Assembly: GCA_963662265.2 (NCBI GenBank)
Contig: CAXXHA010000001.1
Span: forward strand, 224,001 to 288,000
Length of the DNA: 64,000 nucleotides
Origin: Spirochaetia bacterium
GTDB lineage: Bacteria > Spirochaetota > Spirochaetia > CADAEX01
Direction of reading: 5' to 3'
The translations under genes were made by a program, and so were the position numbers. Below, piece by piece: positions 30,479 through 41,074 of the stretch; within the stretch, counting starts at the first letter, position 1; each line of letters begins with the position of its first letter. The notes under the pieces were generated by a model. That model was not told the origin of the DNA, ran no database searches, and was given only the letters and a program-made list of their open reading frames with translations.

Positions 30479-32473
30479 TTATGGAAGATTCTTTTTTATC
30501 TCTGCAAGGACCTCATCCGTATCTGTCTTGTAGAGAGTTTTGTTTCCTATCCTTACAGTCGGTCCCCTGTCGCATGTTTCCCTGCAGAATGATGCCTGTA
30601 CAGAGACTTTTCCGCTGAAACTGCTTTCAGCTTCTTTAATCACACTTGATAATATTGCCTGGGATCCCCTGAGGAAGCATCCTGTACCGACACATACTTT
30701 GACTTCAAGAGGATTTTTGACATCTGTTTTTACAAGACTGTATTCAGCAGTCTGTATCCTTTTTCTGCTTTCAAATGAAGTATGAAGAAGGCTGTGAGCC
30801 TCACTGCTTCCTGCCTTGCCGCCAAGATATCTGGTATAAACAGGGTCAATGAAAGGGTTCTGAGCTGTATTTTTTACAGGTTCCCGCCTGTCAATTCCGT
30901 CAAGAGCACTTGAACGCTTCAGCCTCATCTTTCCTTCAGGATCAACCGGCTGGCCTGCCCCTCCGACACATCCGCCTGGACATGCCATTACTTCAATAAT
31001 ATCATATTCACAGCTGCCATCTATGACAGATCTTGCTACCTTATCCGCATTTTTAAGTCCCTGGACTGTGCAGACTCTAACAGTCTCCCCATTCAGCAAT
31101 ATGTTCATGACTGAAATACCGGGATTGTCTTCAGGGTGTTCACAGCTTAAATCCTGACTGGAGATATCTTCACCTGATTTTGCAACAGTATACCTGATCA
31201 CAGCTTCTGCAACTCCCCCGGATCTGCCGAATATGCTTCCGGCTCCTGAACTTGAAGACATTGGGAGATCCATTGATGACGGTTCAACTTCATCAAACAG
31301 AATACCAGCCTGCATAATCATTTTTCCGAGTTCCTGTGTTGTAAGGACATTATCAACAAGTTGATTTCCATCAACAGAAAGCTCTTTACGGTCTTTTTCA
31401 AATTTTTTCGCAGTACACGGCATCACAGATACCATTTTTATCTTCCTGCCATCTACAGCCTCCTCATCTGCAAGGATTTTCCTTCCTATACTTGCTGTCA
31501 TTGACTGCGGAGACATACATGAAGAGAGGTGGTTAAGAAGTTCAGGATATGACTGCTCTGCAAATTTCACCCAGCCTGGACAGCATGATGTAAAAAGAGG
31601 CAGCCTGCTTTCATTTTTTCTTTCCAGAAACTCATTTGATTCTTCAATTACAGTGAGGTCAGCACCGAAAGCTGTGCTGTACACCCTGTCAAACCCCAGA
31701 GCTTTCAATGAGGCAACTATCCGCCCTGTTACATCCTGACCAGTCAGGTTAAACATCTCACCGAGAGCTGTGCGGACAGCCGGAGCTATCTGGACGGCAG
31801 TGAATGTATTTTCATCTTCAATAAGACTCCATACTGCATCAACCTCGGAACGGGGAACAATAGCGCCTGTGGGACAGACAGCAGCACACTGGCCGCAGTT
31901 AACACAGTCCACTTCTGAAAGACTCTTATTGAATGCAGGTGTTACCTTTACTTCCTCGCCTCTGTAGGCAAAATCTATAGCTCCGATTCCCTGTATTTCC
32001 GAACAGTACCTCACACAGTCTCCACAGAGAATACATTTATTCGGGTCCCTGACAAGGGCCGGTGAACCGGTATCAAGATCCATCTTTTCCCTTGTTTTTC
32101 TGAACCGGATATCGGAAACTCCCAGTTTTGATGCAATGCTCTGAAGTTTACAGCTCCCCTCCTTGCTGCATGAAGGACAGTTCATCTCATGGTTTGCAAG
32201 AAGAAGTTCCATTGTCATTTTTCTTATATCACGAAGTTTTTTTGTTGATGTTTTTATCTTCATTCCGTCCCGTGGAGGTGTTGAACAGGAAGCCATTACC
32301 CCCCGACCTTCAACCTCTACAATACAGAGACGACAGGCCCCGTATACACTGAGCTCTGAATGATAGCAGAAAGTAGGCAGTTCTATTCCTGCTTTTCTTA
32401 CTATTTCAAGAAGATTTTTTTCATCCTCTATAGGTATTCTTTTATTGTTAACAGTTACAAAACCTTTACTCAT
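30479..32473 (-). CDS. hydA: [FeFe]-hydrogenase catalytic subunit (group A3) with C-terminal thioredoxin-like [2Fe-2S] domain
   Basis: FTSCCPGW, MPCTAKKFE, EVMACPGGCVGGAGQP; N-terminal Fe-S motifs; C-terminal CVGTGC...C...C. Confidence 0.95.
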   Translation of the reverse strand: MSKGFVTVNNKRIPIEDEKNLLEIVRKAGIELPTFCYHSELSVYGACRLCIVEVEGRGVMASCSTPPRDGMKIKTSTKKLRDIRKMTMELLLANHEMNCPSCSKEGSCKLQSIASKLGVSDIRFRKTREKMDLDTGSPALVRDPNKCILCGDCVRYCSEIQGIGAIDFAYRGEEVKVTPAFNKSLSEVDCVNCGQCAAVCPTGAIVPRSEVDAVWSLIEDENTFTAVQIAPAVRTALGEMFNLTGQDVTGRIVASLKALGFDRVYSTAFGADLTVIEESNEFLERKNESRLPLFTSCCPGWVKFAEQSYPELLNHLSSCMSPQSMTASIGRKILADEEAVDGRKIKMVSVMPCTAKKFEKDRKELSVDGNQLVDNVLTTQELGKMIMQAGILFDEVEPSSMDLPMSSSSGAGSIFGRSGGVAEAVIRYTVAKSGEDISSQDLSCEHPEDNPGISVMNILLNGETVRVCTVQGLKNADKVARSVIDGSCEYDIIEVMACPGGCVGGAGQPVDPEGKMRLKRSSALDGIDRREPVKNTAQNPFIDPVYTRYLGGKAGSSEAHSLLHTSFESRKRIQTAEYSLVKTDVKNPLEVKVCVGTGCFLRGSQAILSSVIKEAESSFSGKVSVQASFCRETCDRGPTVRIGNKTLYKTDTDEVLAEIKKNLP

Positions 32474-34365
32474 TATACAACTCCTACAGCATCAAATTTA
32501 CATGCATCAGCACATGCACCGCACTTTATACACAGATTCTCATCAATCACATGCGGCTCCTTGCGTTCACCTGAAATCGCTCCGACAGGACACTTTCTCG
32601 CACAGAGAGTACAGCCCTTGCACTTTTCAGCATCTATACTGTAGACAGCAAGTGCACTGCAGTTTCCTGTAGGACACTTTTTATCAACAACATGGGAAAG
32701 ATATTCTTCCCTGAACTGTTTCAGTGTAGATAAAACAGGAGACGGGGCTGATTTACCGAGACCGCACAGCGAAGCTGTTGCTACAGTTTTGCTGAGTTCT
32801 TCAAGCAGAGAGAGAGTCTCTTCAGTCCCTCTTCCTTCAATTATGTCATCAAGAAGTTCCAGCATCTGCCTTGTCCCTTCCCTGCAGGGAACACACTTTC
32901 CGCATGATTCATGCTGGGTAAATGCCATGAAAAACCTTGCAACCTGAACCATACATGTGCTGCTGTTCATCACCACAAGTCCGCCTGAACCTACCATTGC
33001 CCCGACCTTGCCGAGCGAATCAAAATCAAGAGGTATATCAAGATGTTCTTCTGTAAGACACCCTCCTGAAGGCCCTCCTATCTGCACAGCCTTGAAATCA
33101 CTGTTATCGAGTTCCCCTTTTTCATTGATAACACCGCCGCCGATATCAAAAATTATCTGACGGAGAGTTGTCCCGAAAGGAACTTCTATAAGACCTGTAT
33201 TTACTACATGGCCGGTAAGTGCAAAGGTTTTAGTTCCGGGAGATTTTTCTGTGCCTGTTTTGCTGTATGATTCCGAACCATTCAGAATAATCAACGGAAC
33301 AGCAGCAAGTGTTTCAACATTGTTTACAACAGTCGGCTTTTCCCAGAGTCCCTTCTCAGCTGTTCTCGGGGGTTTCGGCTTGGGCATTCCCCGGTTACCC
33401 ATTATGCTGGATACCATTGCGCTTGCTTCACCGCAGACAAATGCTCCCGCACCTTCCATGACATGAAGCTTGAGAGAACTGTCAGTTCCGAAAATGTTGT
33501 TTCCGATAATTCCAGCCGCTTCAGCATCTGCAATAGCATTTCTTATTCTTTCAACAGCCAGCGGATATTCTGTTCTTACGTAGATATATCCTTCATCAGA
33601 ACCTGTGGCACGGGAAGCAATCATCATTCCCTCTATAACTGAATGAGGATTTCCCTCAAGAATACTCCTGTCCATAAATGCGCCGGGATCCCCCTCATCA
33701 CCGTTGCAGATTATGTATTTCTTATCACTTTTCTGCCAGAGAGCAAGTTCCCATTTCCTGCCTGTCGGGAATCCCCCGCCGCCTCGGCCTCTGAGGCCGG
33801 AAGCTTTCATTTCATTGCAGATTTCTTCAGGTGTCATCTGAAGATAGGCCCGCCTTGCAGCTTCATACCCGTCTGAAGCTATATATTCATTGATATCTTC
33901 AGGATCACAATTTCCGCAGCTTTTCAGGACTGTACGCTTCTGTTTTGCATAGAAAGGTATATCGCCCTGCCCCCGGCATTTCCTATCTGTTGAAGGATCA
34001 GTATAAAGCAGCCTTTCTATAACCTCATTCCTGATTATTGTTTTTTCAACAATCTCCTCAACATCTTCCGGTTTAACATGAGCATACATTATTCCATCCG
34101 GTTCAATTGTAACAAGTGGCCCTACCTGGCAGAATCCCTGGCATCCGCTTCCGGATACAAGTACTTCGGGAGATTTTTCCTCCGGCTTCAGTTTTACATC
34201 GACACGGATATTTCTTTCCTTCTGCAGGCTGACAAGGAGGTCATAAATTTTTCTGGATCCGTTTGCAAGACAACCGGTTCCCGCACAGACAATAATTCTC
34301 CTGTCTATATCTTTTCTCGCAGAAATATATTTGCTTTTTATTTTATCAAGATTTGCAACAGCCAT
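32473..34365 (-). CDS. hydB: Hydrogenase diaphorase subunit (NuoF-like)
   Basis: GLRGRGGGGFPTG, NGDEGDPGAFMDR, GAGAFVCGE, GGPSGG, ESCGKCVPCREG; C-terminal 2x[4Fe-4S]. Confidence 0.95.
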   Translation of the reverse strand: MAVANLDKIKSKYISARKDIDRRIIVCAGTGCLANGSRKIYDLLVSLQKERNIRVDVKLKPEEKSPEVLVSGSGCQGFCQVGPLVTIEPDGIMYAHVKPEDVEEIVEKTIIRNEVIERLLYTDPSTDRKCRGQGDIPFYAKQKRTVLKSCGNCDPEDINEYIASDGYEAARRAYLQMTPEEICNEMKASGLRGRGGGGFPTGRKWELALWQKSDKKYIICNGDEGDPGAFMDRSILEGNPHSVIEGMMIASRATGSDEGYIYVRTEYPLAVERIRNAIADAEAAGIIGNNIFGTDSSLKLHVMEGAGAFVCGEASAMVSSIMGNRGMPKPKPPRTAEKGLWEKPTVVNNVETLAAVPLIILNGSESYSKTGTEKSPGTKTFALTGHVVNTGLIEVPFGTTLRQIIFDIGGGVINEKGELDNSDFKAVQIGGPSGGCLTEEHLDIPLDFDSLGKVGAMVGSGGLVVMNSSTCMVQVARFFMAFTQHESCGKCVPCREGTRQMLELLDDIIEGRGTEETLSLLEELSKTVATASLCGLGKSAPSPVLSTLKQFREEYLSHVVDKKCPTGNCSALAVYSIDAEKCKGCTLCARKCPVGAISGERKEPHVIDENLCIKCGACADACKFDAVGVV

Positions 34366-34868
34366 TACTCTGCAGCCTCCTTTTCTCTGATTTCTTCAAT
34401 CAGTTCATTCATTTTTGCCTCATCAACCTGTCCGTACACCTGATCATTGATAACAACAACAGGAGCCAGGCCGCACGCTCCAAGACAGGATACTGTCTCC
34501 AGTGTAAAAAGCAGATCCGGAGTACTTATTTCCTTTCCGGTAAGTCCCAGACATTTTTTAACCATTTTTATGATATTGCCCGAACCTTTTACATGACAGG
34601 CAGTACCGTCACAGACCTTGATAACATATTTACCTTTCGGCTCCAGTGAAAAATGGCTGTAAAATGTTGCTATACCGAAAACTTTAGCCGGAGACATTCT
34701 CAGCACAGATGCAACAAGAATCATTACCTCTTCAGGCAGATATCTGTATTCTTCCTGAACAGCCTGAAGTATAGGTATAATTTTTCCCGGATCAGAATCA
34801 TACCTGTCCAGAATTTCCCATACCTTCTGCAGTCTTACTGCTTCTTCAACAGTCTTTAAATCACTCAT
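34365..34868 (-). CDS. hydC: Hydrogenase [2Fe-2S] subunit (NuoE-like)
   Basis: CDGTACH...CLGAC; ATG 34868 six nt after AAGGAG. Confidence 0.95.
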   Translation of the reverse strand: MSDLKTVEEAVRLQKVWEILDRYDSDPGKIIPILQAVQEEYRYLPEEVMILVASVLRMSPAKVFGIATFYSHFSLEPKGKYVIKVCDGTACHVKGSGNIIKMVKKCLGLTGKEISTPDLLFTLETVSCLGACGLAPVVVINDQVYGQVDEAKMNELIEEIREKEAAE

Positions 34869-34883
34869 ACTCAACTCCTTAAA

Positions 34884-34918
34884 CGCTTTCGAGCACTTTC
34901 ATGTCAGAAAGTCTCTGC
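34884..34918 (-). ncRNA. Candidate cis-acting structured RNA motif, copy 1 (before hydC)
   Basis: GCAGAG-ACTTTC-TGACAT-GAAAGT-GCTCGAAAGCG; near-identical copy at 42787-42820. Confidence 0.5.
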
Positions 34919-36102
34919 TAAATGTAATCAACCTTGACTTCTTTCAATAAGTTGTTTGACAGGATGTCAGCTATCCGTCTGACAATATTCCTCCTTATTT
35001 CAAGCCCGACAGGGACATTCGGATCCTGATGGGCTTCATTAATTCTGGTCCCTACCAGAAACTCTATTTCATCGCTGTCACGGAGAAGTTCAACCACTGC
35101 TGTGGCGCTGTTTTCTTTCCTTATTTCATCCAGGTTCTCTTCTTCAAGAATCTCTGCAACCCTGCTGAGGGTGAATATACCCTCTGTAACAATTTCAATT
35201 CCCTCCATCGATGCAGAGGGGGGGAGATCTGAATCCAGATTTGACATTTTTGTATCTACCGGGCGGTCAAGCTCTCTTGAAATAATATTTGCAGTTGTCC
35301 CGCCTGAAATAACAACCCTTCCGTTAAACTTATCTATTCTTGCAGCCAGCAGGGAATCCTTTTCCCTGTCTATGGGGGGACCTGTCGCAATAAGCAGTTT
35401 TCTCGGTTCCCTGACATAGAAAACAGCAGCTGTAATATCATCCTTTGCTGTATAAATATCATTTCTCACACCCCTGTTTACAATTTCACGGGCCAGGTTT
35501 CGTGCAGAGATATTTCCGTTGCGGCGGATAAGAGAAAGAATCCATTCACTGATTTTTTCATGTTCCCATCCGAACGGGTATGAGGCATTGCCCATTCCCG
35601 ACTGTGTAACTCCATCGGAAAAAATAACTATTCTGTCCCCGGTCTGGAGCCTGAAACGGGATGAAAAGAGCGTGTTTCTTGAACTGACAGGGCTTTCAAT
35701 CTTTACAGGTGTCCTTTCAGGACAGACAACCTCTCCTCCGCGGATAAGAATGTAGGGAGGATTATCAAATTCCACAATTTTAACAGATCTGTCATTTTCA
35801 ATTTCAACTATTGTAAATGTTGCATAACTGATTTTCCGGATACTGCAGACAGGCAGGGACTGCATGATTACCTGGGCAGTTCTTTTTGGGGATACCCTGC
35901 CGTCGATACATTTTGCGGCAAGAGTTGTTGTAAGAGTTGCAAGCACATTTGCCTTAACCCCGCTGCCGAGACCATCGGAGAGAACAGAGACAGTCCTGCT
36001 TTCATCGCAGCTTCTCTGGGATAAAAAAACATCTCCTCCCACAAGCTGCCCTTTCTTGTAAATCTGGGCAGAATCAATTTCCAGAAAATAGTTGTCAGAC
36101 AC
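34918..36102 (-). CDS. SpoIIE/PP2C-like phosphatase of hydrogenase regulatory clusters (HfsC-like)
   Basis: GD, LSDGLGSGVKA, SYATFTI, FSDGVTQSG, DD, SGGTTANI, NEAHQDP. Confidence 0.9.
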   Translation of the reverse strand: MSDNYFLEIDSAQIYKKGQLVGGDVFLSQRSCDESRTVSVLSDGLGSGVKANVLATLTTTLAAKCIDGRVSPKRTAQVIMQSLPVCSIRKISYATFTIVEIENDRSVKIVEFDNPPYILIRGGEVVCPERTPVKIESPVSSRNTLFSSRFRLQTGDRIVIFSDGVTQSGMGNASYPFGWEHEKISEWILSLIRRNGNISARNLAREIVNRGVRNDIYTAKDDITAAVFYVREPRKLLIATGPPIDREKDSLLAARIDKFNGRVVISGGTTANIISRELDRPVDTKMSNLDSDLPPSASMEGIEIVTEGIFTLSRVAEILEEENLDEIRKENSATAVVELLRDSDEIEFLVGTRINEAHQDPNVPVGLEIRRNIVRRIADILSNNLLKEVKVDYI

Positions 36103-37847
36103 TACATGTCCTCCCCGGAAATATCCTTGCCTGAAAAAGAATCAATTATTTCATTGAGAATAACTTCATTTTCACCGGCATTTTCACCCAGGAGATAGGC
36201 AATTTTCTGTACAGTTTCAAGATTCTTATGAATAACTTTACGGGCATCGTTTATAACCCTGTCCCGGTTGACCCAGGGTTTTGTAACATCCTGGATAATT
36301 GCGCCTGTTACCTGCCCCTTGTGAACAGGGAAAACAGTTATTGAAAGCACCTTTTTCTTGAATTCAACTTTCCTGTCTATGATTTCCCTGCCTGATTCAG
36401 CAACCTGGTTAAAAAGACCTGAAAAAGGGATCATCTTTTCAAGATTTGCCCCTGACAGATTGGGCCTGCTCTCCCACAGGAGAAGTGTTTCTTCACCCAG
36501 GAGTTCTGCAAAATTACGGTTGCATTCAATTATGGAAAGAGAACTGTCAGCAATAACAACACCTGAAGGCATTTTTTCAATAATCGCATTTGCCTTTTTC
36601 TGTGCAAGAGTTCTCATGTAGGAGACACACATCAGGGATTCAGCTTTGTTGTCAAGGACAGCCCTGGCAAAATCCCGGCAGGTATTATATCCGCAGCCGC
36701 CGCAGTTAAGCTCATCCTCGGGAGAATACTTGCCGATAGATTCCATTACTCTTATCAGCTCCAGGTCGGAATGTGTTTTCCTTTCAGGAACAGATATATT
36801 TCTGCTGCATGTGACGGGAAAATAAGAACTTTTAGATAGAATTTCATTGAAATCAGGGCTGAAGTCTGTACTTTTATCCCTGTACTGCTTCAGGACATCT
36901 CTTCTTTTTCGTACAGTCTCGCCCCTTTTGCAGCTCTTGGGACCATTGATACAACCGCCCCTGCATGCAAGAAGTTCAAGAAATAAATTTTCATCTTTTT
37001 CCGGTAACGGGATATTATCAAGCGCCGATTCTATCTCAGTCATACCGGAAATACTCATAAAAACAGTGTTACTGCATTCGGAAAAGCTTTTTATGCTCTC
37101 ACACATGCCGCCGTCAATAGGATAGAGAGCTCCCTTCCCCGCCTCACACGGGAAAAACTCATGCTTTTCAGATGAGACAGTATCCGGGTTGATTCCCTTT
37201 GCATTGAAGAGATCCCGTATATCCTCAAATGTGACTGCAGCTGAAATAAGGTCGGGATTGTCATCAGCTTCTCTTTTTTTTGAAAGGCAGGGACCTGCAA
37301 AAACTATCTGGAAACTGCTGTCAATCTCTTTAAGCATTCTGCAGTGTGCTGTAAGGGGAGAACCTGTATCGGAAATATATTCTGAAGCCTTGTTTCTGTA
37401 TTTGACAATATATTCTACAGCTGACGGGCATGCTGAAGATATAATAATACGTCCGCTTTCTTTTTCAAGCATCTTTGAATATGCGGATGATACTATTTCA
37501 GCTCCCAGGGCTGTTTCTGAGACTGCTGAAAAGCCCAGTTCAAGCAACCCGTTTACAAGCTGGTTTCTGGAAAATTCAGGAAATTCCCCGGGATAGGAAG
37601 GGGCAAGTGAAAGTACAATCTTATCACCGCTCTCAAGAAGCGCCGATATTCTGCCGAGTTCATCCCGTCCCCTCTTGGCATGGGAGGGACAGACAGAAAC
37701 GCACTTTCCGCAGTATATACAGAGGTCAGGATCAATTCTTGCATGCCCGTTATTGAAGCTTATCGCCTTTACAGGGCAGTAGCGGACACATTTAAAACAG
37801 TCATGACATTCAGTCTTTTCAGTATATACAGGAAAAAGAAAATCCAT
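36102..37847 (-). CDS. Sensory group C [FeFe]-hydrogenase with PAS domain (HydS/HfsB-like)
   Basis: Altered H-cluster motifs SSACPS, GPCLSKKRE, ELLACRGGCINGP; CGGCGYNTC; C-terminal PAS. Confidence 0.92.
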   Translation of the reverse strand: MDFLFPVYTEKTECHDCFKCVRYCPVKAISFNNGHARIDPDLCIYCGKCVSVCPSHAKRGRDELGRISALLESGDKIVLSLAPSYPGEFPEFSRNQLVNGLLELGFSAVSETALGAEIVSSAYSKMLEKESGRIIISSACPSAVEYIVKYRNKASEYISDTGSPLTAHCRMLKEIDSSFQIVFAGPCLSKKREADDNPDLISAAVTFEDIRDLFNAKGINPDTVSSEKHEFFPCEAGKGALYPIDGGMCESIKSFSECSNTVFMSISGMTEIESALDNIPLPEKDENLFLELLACRGGCINGPKSCKRGETVRKRRDVLKQYRDKSTDFSPDFNEILSKSSYFPVTCSRNISVPERKTHSDLELIRVMESIGKYSPEDELNCGGCGYNTCRDFARAVLDNKAESLMCVSYMRTLAQKKANAIIEKMPSGVVIADSSLSIIECNRNFAELLGEETLLLWESRPNLSGANLEKMIPFSGLFNQVAESGREIIDRKVEFKKKVLSITVFPVHKGQVTGAIIQDVTKPWVNRDRVINDARKVIHKNLETVQKIAYLLGENAGENEVILNEIIDSFSGKDISGEDM

Positions 37848-37849
37848 AT

Positions 37850-38089
37850 TTAATTCTCCCTGAGTGAATTTCTGAGAAGATCTGTCAGAACAACAGGATC
37901 AACATTGTAATATCTCTTTCCGTCTATGGAGATGACAGGGCCTCTGCTGCATTCTTCCATACATAAACAGCCTGTAAGTTTTACACTACCTTCAATACCG
38001 TTATCCATGACAAAGTCTTGTGCAATCCGGACATTTTCCCTGTTTCCGCGCGAATGGCAGGAGCTTCCCATGCAGATGACAATTTCCAT
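37850..38089 (-). CDS. Small thioredoxin-like [2Fe-2S] protein (HfsA-like)
   Basis: CMGSSCHSRGN...CMEECSRGP. Confidence 0.9.
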   Translation of the reverse strand: MEIVICMGSSCHSRGNRENVRIAQDFVMDNGIEGSVKLTGCLCMEECSRGPVISIDGKRYYNVDPVVLTDLLRNSLREN

Positions 38090-38091
38090 AA

Positions 38092-38188
38092 AAACCAGCC
38101 TTATAAGGATATTTTCTTATCGATATATTTATATCCTTATAAGGCTGGTTTGTCAATAGCTACATTTTTATCGATACGCAATTATTGT
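38092..38188 (-). promoter_or_regulatory. Hydrogenase operon promoter with 21-bp perfect inverted repeat and Rex-like boxes
   Basis: TTGACA(38156)-17-TATAAA; arms AAACCAGCCTTATAAGGATAT at 38092-38112 and 38131-38151; TATCGATA at 38118 and 38169. Confidence 0.7.
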
Positions 38189-38346
38189 TTAAGAGCTGAA
38201 GAATATAAGCAAAAGAACGATATGAGATTCCAAATTAAATTGTATTAATAAAAAATGATAGTGAGGATGCAAACAGGATATCTGAAATGAAATACAGTAT
38301 ACAGAAATTAAAATTATCTATAATTATCCTTAAAATATAAGCTGTG

Positions 38347-40881
38347 TCAGGTTTTAAAATGATTTATTCCCCGCTCAAGTTCATCACCTATTTCACTGAT
38401 TTCATCGGTAAGCTTTTTGACAATAAACATTGCATCGGATATTTCCAAAGTACCATTCTGTATTTCACTTATCGCATGATCAACTTCATTTGAAATATTT
38501 TTCACCATTCCCATCGAAGATGCGACCTCCCCGGTACCGGCTCCTATTTCCGTTGCGCTTTCCCTTACCCTGACAGAAATATCCTGCAGAGAATTCACTG
38601 CTGTTAGTATTTCATCAGTCCCTGTTCTGAGTTCTTCAGTATTCATCTGAATTTCAGAGAGGGCATTTATAACAGACCCCACTTCATCTGAAATTTCACT
38701 GAATGCTGAATTCATATCATCGCTTGTCCGGTCTGCATTCTGGATTTTCTCAATAATAGTCTTTATTGTCTTTGTTATCTCACCGGAATTTTTCTGTGAA
38801 GATTCAGCAAGCTTACGTATTTCATCTGCAACAACAGCAAAACCTCTCCCCTCATCCCCCGCATGGGCAGCTTCAATTGCCGCATTCATGGCAAGAAGGT
38901 TAGTCTGTTCAGATATTTCATTAATAACACGAGCCATATCGCTTATACTGTCAACATTTTTATTTATCTCATCTATCAGTTTTACTGTAAGAACAAGTTT
39001 CTCCCCGCCGTTCCTTACAGTATTATTCAGTTTTCCGGCAGCTGCTATTTTGCTGTCTGTGATATCAGCAACCATTTTGATCGATCTGATCATGGCTGAA
39101 ACAGATGCTGTTGACTGCTCAACCATTGATGCCTGATTATCTATCTGGCTGTTGAAAGAATTAACACTGCTGCTTATCTCTTCTACAGCAGATGTTGATG
39201 TGGAAATGCTGCTGTTGAGTATATGAATCTGCTTCAAAATACTGTCAATATTTGCCTTTATCTGTACAACAGCAGCAGATGTTTCCTCTGTTGTTTCGAT
39301 AAGGTTTTTCTTGACATCAATATTTCTTGAGGATGAATTTTTGATCGATAAAATTGATTTTTTAAGCTTGCCTGTAAGCAGGTTGAAATTACGCGCCAGT
39401 ATTCCAGTTTCATCAGAATTTTTATCGCTTTTATATACACGGCATTCTGAGCAGTTATTATGAAAACCTGATTCAAGATGCCTGCAGATCACCTTCCTGC
39501 TGTGATCAGGAGCGAAACTCCCTATTTCATCCCAGCAGGAAAGTCCCTCTTTCCCGGATATTCCCGGCTCAAGATCAGAACCTGCAGCTTTTTTACTGAT
39601 AACTATATTACGTCTTAAATCCCCTTCTGCAACAACTTTAGTCATATCAGCAATCTTTGTTATGGGAAGCGTTATTGTGCTGATAACAAAACCACTCAGG
39701 AAAATTACTGCCAGTATGAGAAATGCGGTAATACCGACAGTTATCAGCATGGTCCTGACAACATCAGATCTCACTGATACTTCCCTGATCTTTATCTGTT
39801 CATTTATATCATCGATATATACACCTGTTCCGATAATCCAGTTCCAGGGACTGAAAAGCCTGATAAAGGATTCCTTGGGCTGATCAAGAGTGGTGCCATC
39901 CTCTGTCGGCTTGGGCCAGAGGTATTCAACAAACCCGGATCCCGATTTTTCAGCAACTTCAACAAAAGCTGTAAAAAGATTTTTCTTTTCCTCTCCGACA
40001 ACATTATATTCCGGGTTACTGAGAACCTGACCGTCAAGAGAAGGGATTACAGGATGCATTACCATTTCAGGATAAGGCTTCGAAGTATTGTTGATCCAGA
40101 AATAGCCAACACCCCTGTCATATCTCATCCTGCTGATTATCCCGATAGTATCACTCTTTGCCTGATCAACAGCATCATCAATATAGATACCAGTCCCTAT
40201 AATCCAGTCCCATTCATCTATCAGCCTTACATAGGAAAGTTTCGGCTGCTCTTCCGTGACACCTCCGGGAACCGGTTTAGGCCATAAATACCTGACAAAT
40301 CCTTCCCCCTTTTCACTGCAGACCCTGTTGAATACAACAAAGAGGTTTTCCCTTTCCTCCCCGACAGTATTGTATTTTTCACTGTCAAGGATTTCTCCGT
40401 TCAGAGACGGGCTTATCGGGTGCATTACCATTTCAGGATAAGGCTCCAGAGTATTGTTGATCCAGACATATCCCGTACCGCCGTCATATCTGATATTGCG
40501 GATCCGGCTCACTGCCCTTTCTTTAGCCTCTTCCTCGTTCCTTACCCCTTCTTCATAATCAGCAATTTCTTCCCTGATTATTGTCTCTGCAATTTCAACC
40601 GTACTCTTAAGCCTGCTTCCGTATTTGCCGGACAGATAATTATCACTTCTTGTGTTTTCATAGTTTGATTCAATAATGTTATATACGACATCGATCAGGT
40701 CTTTAAGATCGCTTCTCACATCTTCGATATTCTCTTTCCTGTACATTGCTATTTCATCTTTACTGCGGTTTAGAAGTGTCAGAATATTTATTGCAGCCAG
40801 TGATACAGAAATGATAAGAATTGATACAACAAGGGTAAAATTTATCTTGTTCAGAATTTTCCATTTTTGAAATTTTCTCAT
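38347..40881 (-). CDS. Methyl-accepting chemotaxis protein with two Cache_2-like domains and a Cys-rich HAMP insertion
   Basis: Two RY...GY.WIN...MVMHP...Y.WPKP...WIIGTG.YIDD repeats; [33 protein letters not shown]. Confidence 0.95.
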   Translation of the reverse strand: MRKFQKWKILNKINFTLVVSILIISVSLAAINILTLLNRSKDEIAMYRKENIEDVRSDLKDLIDVVYNIIESNYENTRSDNYLSGKYGSRLKSTVEIAETIIREEIADYEEGVRNEEEAKERAVSRIRNIRYDGGTGYVWINNTLEPYPEMVMHPISPSLNGEILDSEKYNTVGEERENLFVVFNRVCSEKGEGFVRYLWPKPVPGGVTEEQPKLSYVRLIDEWDWIIGTGIYIDDAVDQAKSDTIGIISRMRYDRGVGYFWINNTSKPYPEMVMHPVIPSLDGQVLSNPEYNVVGEEKKNLFTAFVEVAEKSGSGFVEYLWPKPTEDGTTLDQPKESFIRLFSPWNWIIGTGVYIDDINEQIKIREVSVRSDVVRTMLITVGITAFLILAVIFLSGFVISTITLPITKIADMTKVVAEGDLRRNIVISKKAAGSDLEPGISGKEGLSCWDEIGSFAPDHSRKVICRHLESGFHNNCSECRVYKSDKNSDETGILARNFNLLTGKLKKSILSIKNSSSRNIDVKKNLIETTEETSAAVVQIKANIDSILKQIHILNSSISTSTSAVEEISSSVNSFNSQIDNQASMVEQSTASVSAMIRSIKMVADITDSKIAAAGKLNNTVRNGGEKLVLTVKLIDEINKNVDSISDMARVINEISEQTNLLAMNAAIEAAHAGDEGRGFAVVADEIRKLAESSQKNSGEITKTIKTIIEKIQNADRTSDDMNSAFSEISDEVGSVINALSEIQMNTEELRTGTDEILTAVNSLQDISVRVRESATEIGAGTGEVASSMGMVKNISNEVDHAISEIQNGTLEISDAMFIVKKLTDEISEIGDELERGINHFKT

Positions 40882-41026
40882 CTTTATAAACTCCCTGTCT
40901 TATGCGGCAGCCATGATGAAATAATCATATTTAAATGTAGATAAGGAATAGTATAGGATTTAAATATTTCAAATTCAATTTTTTGAGAGAAAAAAGGAAA
41001 TTACTTTTATCAAATGAGCTTAGCTT

Positions 41027-41066
41027 AAAAAAAGCAGAGGCTTTTGATTTAAACAAAAACCTCTGC
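41027..41066 (-). terminator. Terminator of the nfeD-floA operon
   Basis: Minus strand GCAGAGGTTTTTG...CAAAAGCCTCTGC-TTTTTTT. Confidence 0.75.
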
Positions 41067-41074
41067 CGAATAAT

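Noticed and set aside
36102-37847. Altered H-cluster motifs as evidence of a decayed hydrogenase
   Set aside because: The substitutions plus a PAS domain are typical of sensory group C enzymes
40054-40470. Near-identical DNA repeat TGCATTACCATTTCAGGATAAGGCT at about 40054 and 40421
   Set aside because: Explained by tandem duplication of the Cache domain within the MCP
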